A stretch of 64,000 nt of DNA from assembly GCA_964603455.1 (NCBI GenBank), contig CAZRVL010000004.1, forward strand, positions 298 through 64,297, read 5' to 3'. Source of the stretch: an uncultured Lachnospiraceae bacterium (GTDB lineage Bacteria; Bacillota; Clostridia; Oscillospirales; CAG-272). Below the pieces are notes generated by a model. It did not search any database, had not been told where the DNA came from, and was given only the letters and a program-made list of their open reading frames with translations. Position 1 is the stretch's first letter. Each line of letters begins with the position of its first letter. The translations under genes and the position numbers were made by a program. Below, in pieces: positions 57,730 to 64,000 of this stretch.

Positions 57730-59788
57730 TTAATGATTTTTTCGCTGCGCGGATTGCGGATTCAAATAATTCCATATCTTCACACAAATTGGCAAGCTTA
57801 AATTTTGGGATTCCGTGCTGTTTAATATCCCCATCACCGATTGGAATGAAATCTCCAGGTCCACGTTCGGCCAAATCTAGCTCTGCGATTTTAAATCCAT
57901 CGTAAATCGTTCGCATGATATTGAGCCGCTTTTCAGCTTTCGATCCAAACGGACAATCGGATACCAAAACGCAGTTTGATGCGAATTTGCCGCGTCCAAC
58001 ACGTCCTCTGAGCTGGTGCAGCTGTGACAATCCGAATCTTTCAGCGTTTTCAATGATCATTAAAGTTGCGTTTGGCACATTGACTCCAACTTCTATAACG
58101 GTTGTTGAAACCAAAACATCCAATTCACATGTGGCAAATCGGTGCATTATATCGTCTTTTAATTCCGATTTCATTTTACCGTGAACACATTCAATTCTCA
58201 AACCCGGCAATTGTTTCTTTAACTCCTCGCACCATACAATTGCGGATTTTGGAGCAGTTTTAGGAACGGCTTCGAAATCCAACATATGAATATCTTTCTG
58301 CGATACTTCACCTGATTCTGGTTCATCTACCGCTGGACAGACTACATATGTTTGATGACCTTCGTCATGCTGTTTTTGAATAAATGAGTTCAATCGCATA
58401 CGATACGACTCATTTACCAAAAAAGTTTTTACGAGTTGTCTACCCGGCGGCAGCTCATCCAATATAGACATATTGAGATCTCCATATAGAAACATTGCCA
58501 ATGTACGTGGAATTGGAGTTGCTGACATTGCGAGCTGATGGATAGTATGCACTTCATCTGTAGCTTTTGAGATCAATGATTCGCGTTGACCTACACCAAA
58601 TCTGTGTTGCTCATCACAAATTACAAGCCCGAGTGAATTGAATTTTACATCATCAGATATTAGAGCGTGCGTGCCTATTATTATGTTAATATCACCGTTT
58701 GCAAGCTTTGCAAGAATATTTTTTCGTTTTTGGGGTTTGACCGAACCGGTCAACAGTTCAACTTTAAATCCCAAATCTGCGAAAAGTGGCTCTAAATCCG
58801 AAAAATGCTGTGTGGCGAGTATCTCTGTTGGCGCCATAATCGCGGTTTGAAAATTGTTTTGCACTGCTATAAACGCGGCGGCAGCGGCAACGATGGTTTT
58901 TCCACTTCCGACATCTCCAGCAATTAAACGACGCATTGGAACATCTACTGACATATCAGATATTATTGAATCAATTGCACGCTTTTGAGCTTCTGTCAGG
59001 ACAAATGGCACGTTCGAAATCAATTGTGAAATATCGGTTTCTTGCATTTTGGGTGCGGTTCGAATTTGATCGTTTTTTAAATTTGCGATACCCAATGAGA
59101 AATTGTATAGTTCCTCGAATATCAATCTTCGCTTTGCGATGTTCAATGCCTCGAAATCTGTTGGAAAATGGATATTTTTTAGAGCCCACGCGAGTGAGCA
59201 TAAATTGTTCTCTTCTATAACATTGGTAGGCAAAGTTTCAAATGGAATATTTTGCGAATTTGTACCTTTTGAAAGGACGCCGTTCAGCGCAGTTTCTACA
59301 AGGTGTGACATGAATTTTTGAGTCAATCCCGCTGTTAATGGATAAACAGCGACCAAATTCGGGAGAACAATTCCGGGCGATATTTGTTCAACTATCGGGG
59401 ATGATAAAATGTTTTTTCCGCGTTCATGCGTCAATTTTCCAAAAAATCTAAATTCGACTCCAACACAAAGAATTTCTTTCAAATATTGCTGATTGAAAAA
59501 TATCAATTCGCAAGATCCACTATCATCGAATGCACGAACTTTTATTAAAGTCATTCCGCGCTTTAATGTCGAAACCGATGGCTCTGCCGCGATTGTAAGT
59601 ATGAATGATGCGGTTTCATTTGGCACGGCTTCTGAAATCTTTTTTACATTGCCACGAAATTGATATCCGCGTGGAAAATGATATAACAATTGCTTAATGG
59701 TATGTATTCCAAGCTTTGACAAGTATTTCACACGTGATGTACCAACCCCCGACAAACAATCTACAGAAGAATCAAAACTGTATTGCAT
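57704..59788 (-). CDS. recG: ATP-dependent DNA helicase RecG
   Basis: Wedge domain plus SF2 helicase motifs GDVGSGKT, DEQHRFGV, QLRGRVGRG. Confidence 0.95.
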   Translation of the reverse strand: MQYSFDSSVDCLSGVGTSRVKYLSKLGIHTIKQLLYHFPRGYQFRGNVKKISEAVPNETASFILTIAAEPSVSTLKRGMTLIKVRAFDDSGSCELIFFNQQYLKEILCVGVEFRFFGKLTHERGKNILSSPIVEQISPGIVLPNLVAVYPLTAGLTQKFMSHLVETALNGVLSKGTNSQNIPFETLPTNVIEENNLCSLAWALKNIHFPTDFEALNIAKRRLIFEELYNFSLGIANLKNDQIRTAPKMQETDISQLISNVPFVLTEAQKRAIDSIISDMSVDVPMRRLIAGDVGSGKTIVAAAAAFIAVQNNFQTAIMAPTEILATQHFSDLEPLFADLGFKVELLTGSVKPQKRKNILAKLANGDINIIIGTHALISDDVKFNSLGLVICDEQHRFGVGQRESLISKATDEVHTIHQLAMSATPIPRTLAMFLYGDLNMSILDELPPGRQLVKTFLVNESYRMRLNSFIQKQHDEGHQTYVVCPAVDEPESGEVSQKDIHMLDFEAVPKTAPKSAIVWCEELKKQLPGLRIECVHGKMKSELKDDIMHRFATCELDVLVSTTVIEVGVNVPNATLMIIENAERFGLSQLHQLRGRVGRGKFASNCVLVSDCPFGSKAEKRLNIMRTIYDGFKIAELDLAERGPGDFIPIGDGDIKQHGIPKFKLANLCEDMELFESAIRAAKKSLNGVTSASE

Positions 59789-59836
59789 GCGAACTGCACC
59801 TCCTTACTCTTGGATTTGACAAATTGTGCGTTGGAT

Positions 59837-60394
59837 TCAAAATGAATTTAAAATTTTTCTGAGTGCGCATATCGGAAGTCCAACTGTGCTATAATAATCT
59901 CCATCGATCCGCTCGATAAATACACCCCCGATTCCTTGAATGCCGTAAGAGCCCGCCTTATCCATCGGTTCTTTGGTAGCTACATATGCTTCGGCTTCGG
60001 CTCTTGTAAGTTCCGAAAAAGTTATTTTTGTTTCAACAACCTCGGTGATCGTCTTCACCTTGTCGGTTACGGTCATTCCGGTAAAAACCGAATGCGTTTT
60101 TCCTGAGAGTGAGAGCAATGTATTGACTGCGTCTTCGGAGTCATTTGGCTTTCCGAGTATGCGGTTGCTCTCCGAAACTATCGTGTCGGCTCCGATGACT
60201 ATTGATGGATAATCGAGCTTTTTTGCAACGGCGACTGCTTTTCTTTTTGACAGTTCCCTGACCATTTCATCTGGTGAACAGATACCGATATTTTCATCAC
60301 AGTCTGAAGTTATAACTTCAAATTCGAGTCCCATTTGCTGCATCAATTCACGCCTGCGCGGAGATGCAGAAGCTAATATTATTTTCTTTTCCAT
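59837..60394 (-). CDS. maf: Maf-like nucleoside triphosphate pyrophosphatase
   Basis: ILASASPRRRELM, GADTIV, KAGSYGIQG; start set to ATG 60394. Confidence 0.9.
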   Translation of the reverse strand: MEKKIILASASPRRRELMQQMGLEFEVITSDCDENIGICSPDEMVRELSKRKAVAVAKKLDYPSIVIGADTIVSESNRILGKPNDSEDAVNTLLSLSGKTHSVFTGMTVTDKVKTITEVVETKITFSELTRAEAEAYVATKEPMDKAGSYGIQGIGGVFIERIDGDYYSTVGLPICALRKILNSF

Positions 60395-60423
60395 TGAATT
60401 CCTATTAAAATGTATGCTATATA

Positions 60424-60678
60424 TCATCTTGCGATTGCTCTTCCAATCAACATTGAAAGAATCACAAATATCACGGTTGAAAGCGTCAAATCAATGCTTA
60501 TTCCCAAAGTCAGACTCATTATTCCGAGATTTAGAACAAGGGGAGATTCAAGCCCAAACTTTATTCCATATGACATCCAGGAAAGCATTTGTATGTCTTT
60601 GCAGATGTATGCAACAAAACTTCCGAGAACTATTCCGATAAGTACAAGAAATATATTGTACGCTTTACTGTGTGACAT
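60424..60678 (-). CDS. DUF4321 family small membrane protein
   Basis: About 84 aa with N- and C-terminal TM segments and a central FGL.SP..L.LG..LTLG pattern; start trimmed to ATG 60678 just after the dut stop. Confidence 0.6.
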   Translation of the reverse strand: MSHSKAYNIFLVLIGIVLGSFVAYICKDIQMLSWMSYGIKFGLESPLVLNLGIMSLTLGISIDLTLSTVIFVILSMLIGRAIAR

Positions 60679-60679
60679 T

Positions 60680-61150
60680 TTACTTTGTTCCTGTTGAGCC
60701 GAAACCACCTGCTCCGCGTATAGTCTCGTCAAGCTCATCCGATTTTATGAAATTTGCAGTCAGCACCGGAATGAACATCAGTTGTGCAATTCTTTCACAC
60801 GGTTCTAAAATGATTTCTGTATCTCCATGATTTATCATTGCGGCGCAAATCTCACCACGATAATCACTGTCGATTACTCCGATTCCGTTCGAAAGCGTCA
60901 ATCCACGCTTAGAGGCAAGCCCGCTTCTGGCACAAAGTATTGCGACAACATCCGAGGTTTCTGGGGCTATTGCAATGCCGGTCGGAATTAACTTGCGCTC
61001 ATTTGGCGATATTTTTATTGGCTCGTCACCCGAATATCTCAGGTCAACCGCTGCCGAGCCTTCTGTTGCATATGATGGGATTTGAACATCATCGCGAAGT
61101 ACTTTAATTTTTACATTTATCATTAATTTTACTACCGTAACGTTTGCCAA
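60680..61150 (-). CDS. dut: dUTP diphosphatase
   Basis: YATEGSAAVDL, GIGVIDSDYRGE, GGFGSTG motifs; start is either TTG 61150 (GAAGGGA RBS) or ATG 61123. Confidence 0.92.
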   Translation of the reverse strand: MANVTVVKLMINVKIKVLRDDVQIPSYATEGSAAVDLRYSGDEPIKISPNERKLIPTGIAIAPETSDVVAILCARSGLASKRGLTLSNGIGVIDSDYRGEICAAMINHGDTEIILEPCERIAQLMFIPVLTANFIKSDELDETIRGAGGFGSTGTK

Positions 61151-61172
61151 AAAAGCAAAGTTCCCTTCTTTT

Positions 61173-63245
61173 TTAATTCTTTATTCGCCTGACTGATGTA
61201 TTGGGGGGAATACAATTGTCGTAAGCATTTACAATGTCAGAAATGCTTTCATTTGTGAATATATAATGCATACCATTTATCTGCGAAAGTTCGCTCTTGC
61301 GATCTGCCATGTATATAGGTACACTGTTATATATAATATTGCGGTGCTTCCATGCGCGAGTCATTGGAAATTCTGTATTGGTTCGATCTATAAGCGGTAG
61401 AAAACCTCGTTTTTGGCATTGATCGCACGAATATATATCGCGTATGCAGCATTTTTCGAGTGTCATAAGCGGTATTTTTCCGTAAACTACCGCTGAGATA
61501 TTTAGGTCACGCAGCTGAGGAAGTGTTAATTCAGGGGATGCTATGAAATCTTCAAAACCTAAGGAAATAAGACTGTCGATAGTCCAACTATTGTAAATAT
61601 TGAGTCTGAAATCGCCATGAATGTTAAATCCGTATTTTTTCGCCAAAGCTATATGACCGATATTGGATACAAGTGCATGCTGTATTTCTGCATTTTTTGC
61701 TTTTTGCAAAAGCGTTTCAACTTCGGCAATTTCTGAATCAAATATTACAGGCGGAAGTATTACTCCATTTGCATAAGTACCACGCTCAAGTTTTTCAAGT
61801 GGCACAAAAATAATGTTAAATCCCGAATTTTCAGGTATATCGGCATTTTTCGGAAATTCAATCCGCGCAGTCTTTAATGGCTTAAACTTTGGAATTGTCG
61901 GCGATTCAAGCACTTTAGGCAATGAAATGTATTCACGATCAATGGTTAAATTTTCAATCAACAGCCTGCTTTCTAATACTTCAACAGCTTCGCGCCGCAG
62001 ACGATTCAATACAGATACCGGAATTATAAGACCGTCTTCAATATCAATATTGACTTTACCGGGCTTAAAGCTTGTTCCGCCGAGTTTTGTGAGTTTTTCG
62101 GTTACTGATTCTGCCGTAAGCGGACATTTTTCGGCTTTTTCGGGTATTTGACCAAACAGATTTATCTGAATATCACCGCATGACATCGTTAGCTTCATCG
62201 GAATATCGGCTTTTATTTCTGCCGAAATATCGATCTCGTTAAGTGACGACTTTCGATTTTTCTCAATCCTTGCGGCTATCAGCTTTTTGTAATCAGGCAA
62301 GGCTGTTTTTTCGGATCGATTTGATTTTGTTGCCTGTTTATCGGATTCTGTGCGAATGCCGAGCATGGATTTATTGATTTTTTTTGTGAAATATCCGTCT
62401 GTAAAACCGCTTCTTGAAAATATTCTGCGAAGTGTCTCTATTTCATCCGGAGTTGCCGAACGATTTTCGTCTATGAGCTTTCTGTAAACTGATGTTACGC
62501 CATATACGTATTCCGGTGATTTCATTCGTCCCTCGATTTTCAGCGATGCGATTTTCAACTTTAAAATTTCGGGAATGTGCTCTGCAAGGCAAATATCCTT
62601 TAGGCTGAGCGCATAGCTTTTTTTGCCTGTATCCGTTTGATATTGAAGACGACAGGGCTGAGCGCATTCTCCTCGGTTTCCGCTGCGTCCGCCGATCATT
62701 GAGCTTGCCAGACATTGACCTGATTGTGAAACACAGATCGCTCCGTGTATGAATATTTCGGTTTCAATAGGCGATCTTTCGCATAGAATCGATATGTCAT
62801 CAAGCGAAAGCTCGCGTGCGGCGACCATTCTCGAAAAGCCGAGTTTTTGAATCTCACAGGCGGCAAAGGAATTATGTCCTGCGACCTGAGTGCTTGCGTG
62901 CAACTCAAGCTTCGGAAAATATTTATGTATCAGGGAGGCTGCGCCGAGATCGGCAACTATGAGTGCGTCCGCGCCAAGCGTGTAAAGTTCTTCTACTGTT
63001 TTTAAAAGCTCATACATTTCACGTGTGTGGACGAGGGTATTCATAGTGATATTTGTTTTTACGCCTGCATCCTTGCAAAGCTTTATCGCTTCAGAAAGTG
63101 TATCACCTGCGAAATTTTTTGCGTTCATCCGCGCATTGAAGGCAGACGTGCCGAAATATACCGCGTCTGCGCCTGCCGCTACAGCGGCTTTCAGAGCTTC
63201 GGGAGTTCCTGCCGGTGCAAGGAGCTCGGGATAATTTTTTTTCAT
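61173..63245 (-). CDS. peptidase U32 family protein (long form with C-terminal extension)
   Basis: N-terminal ELLAPAGTPEALKAAVAAGADAVYFG and U32 signature region E.FIHGA.C.S.SG.C. Confidence 0.85.
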   Translation of the reverse strand: MKKNYPELLAPAGTPEALKAAVAAGADAVYFGTSAFNARMNAKNFAGDTLSEAIKLCKDAGVKTNITMNTLVHTREMYELLKTVEELYTLGADALIVADLGAASLIHKYFPKLELHASTQVAGHNSFAACEIQKLGFSRMVAARELSLDDISILCERSPIETEIFIHGAICVSQSGQCLASSMIGGRSGNRGECAQPCRLQYQTDTGKKSYALSLKDICLAEHIPEILKLKIASLKIEGRMKSPEYVYGVTSVYRKLIDENRSATPDEIETLRRIFSRSGFTDGYFTKKINKSMLGIRTESDKQATKSNRSEKTALPDYKKLIAARIEKNRKSSLNEIDISAEIKADIPMKLTMSCGDIQINLFGQIPEKAEKCPLTAESVTEKLTKLGGTSFKPGKVNIDIEDGLIIPVSVLNRLRREAVEVLESRLLIENLTIDREYISLPKVLESPTIPKFKPLKTARIEFPKNADIPENSGFNIIFVPLEKLERGTYANGVILPPVIFDSEIAEVETLLQKAKNAEIQHALVSNIGHIALAKKYGFNIHGDFRLNIYNSWTIDSLISLGFEDFIASPELTLPQLRDLNISAVVYGKIPLMTLEKCCIRDIYSCDQCQKRGFLPLIDRTNTEFPMTRAWKHRNIIYNSVPIYMADRKSELSQINGMHYIFTNESISDIVNAYDNCIPPNTSVRRIKN

Positions 63246-63427
63246 GTTTTACTCGATTTTTTTAATTTTTCTCTTGCAATTTTCCGCTGTACAATGTATA
63301 ATATATAGTAAGCGTGATTCTTATTATAATATTATACCGCAAATTTTTGATTTTGAAAACACACATAGCGGAATGTTAACAAAAATATAACTTATTCCCG
63401 CAGGATCGCAAGGAGATTAATTAAAAA

Positions 63428-64000
63428 ATGAGCATTTTGGAAAAGCAGGCAAGGATAGTTGTAAAGATCGGTTCGAACACATTGACTCATTCGAGCGGAA
63501 ATTTGAATCTTCGCAGGATGGAAACTCTGGTAAGGACATTGGCGGATTTTAAGAATGAGGGGCATGAGGTCGTTTTGGTAAGCTCCGGAGCAGTCGCTGC
63601 CGGTATTTCTAAGGTACAGCTCGGCAGAAGACCTGAATCTACCGAAGAAAAGCAGGCACTTGCCGCTGTTGGACAGGCAGAGCTTATGCAGGTGTATGAG
63701 CGTTTGTTCGCCGCGTATGGTCATACTGTTGCACAGATACTCATGACGAAGGATGTTATTGATGATGAGATCAGACGTGAGGCGGTCGAAAACACATTCA
63801 GAGAGCTTTTAAAGCTCGGAGTTATACCGATAGTAAACGAGAATGACTCGGTTTCGAGCGAGGAGTTGAAATTCGGAGGAAATGATACGCTTTCGGCATA
63901 TGTTGCGCTGGTCTGCAAGGCTGACATACTGATAAATATGTCGGATATTGAAGGACTTTACGATTCAGACCCGAGGTCGAATCCGGATGCCAGACTCATA
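63428..64000 (+). CDS. proB: glutamate 5-kinase (partial, continues past window end)
   Basis: Own translation from ATG 63428: MSILEKQARIVVKIGSNTLTHSSGNLNLRRM...VLVSSGAVAAG...IPIVNENDSV...FGGNDTLSA; AAGGAG RBS upstream; not in the ORF track because there is no stop in the window. Confidence 0.9.
   Translation, partial: MSILEKQARIVVKIGSNTLTHSSGNLNLRRMETLVRTLADFKNEGHEVVLVSSGAVAAGISKVQLGRRPESTEEKQALAAVGQAELMQVYERLFAAYGHTVAQILMTKDVIDDEIRREAVENTFRELLKLGVIPIVNENDSVSSEELKFGGNDTLSAYVALVCKADILINMSDIEGLYDSDPRSNPDARLI

Overview
Origin-of-replication region of a spore-forming Firmicutes (Clostridia-type) chromosome, annotated by eye from the ORF translations and the DNA with no database search. The leftward arm (minus strand) carries dnaA-dnaN-recF-remB-gyrB-gyrA, a lipoprotein, then recA-recX-rimO-pgsA, a TraX-like gene and udp. 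oriC lies in the dnaA-dnaN spacer (14109-14689). It has a DnaA-box cluster, a textbook DnaA-box/GC-cluster/DnaA-trio/AT-rich unwinding module, and a dnaA promoter with a DnaA-box-like sequence in its spacer. The rightward arm (plus strand) carries rpmH-rnpA-yidD-yidC-jag-mnmE. Unusually, mnmG-rsmG-noc-parA-parB-serS follow on the opposite strand, as part of an ~18 kb block (21.5-39.4 kb) transcribed toward oriC. Two perfect parS sites are present, and one abuts a perfect DnaA box inside cinA. The rest is mostly housekeeping: rlmH, yycJ, galK, cinA, glyA, nfnAB-like, spoIIE, nth, ymdB, rarA, recG, maf, dut, a U32 peptidase and partial proB. No rRNA or tRNA genes, CRISPR arrays or mobile elements were seen. 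The least-explained segment is 39.4-47.9 kb. It holds a long AT-rich spacer with tandem promoters, an orphan MinD-like ATPase next to a methylglyoxal-synthase-like protein lacking its catalytic residues, and a metal-related cluster. That cluster comprises an HMA protein, an AraC regulator, Cys-rich small proteins and a P1B ATPase with an SCA motif instead of CPC, followed by a DUF2325-DUF3793-flavodoxin operon. Two of these operon leaders share a 16-bp palindrome GTTAGC-N4-GCTAAC. I found no clear novel multi-gene system such as a defence island, so the candidates above are hypotheses.
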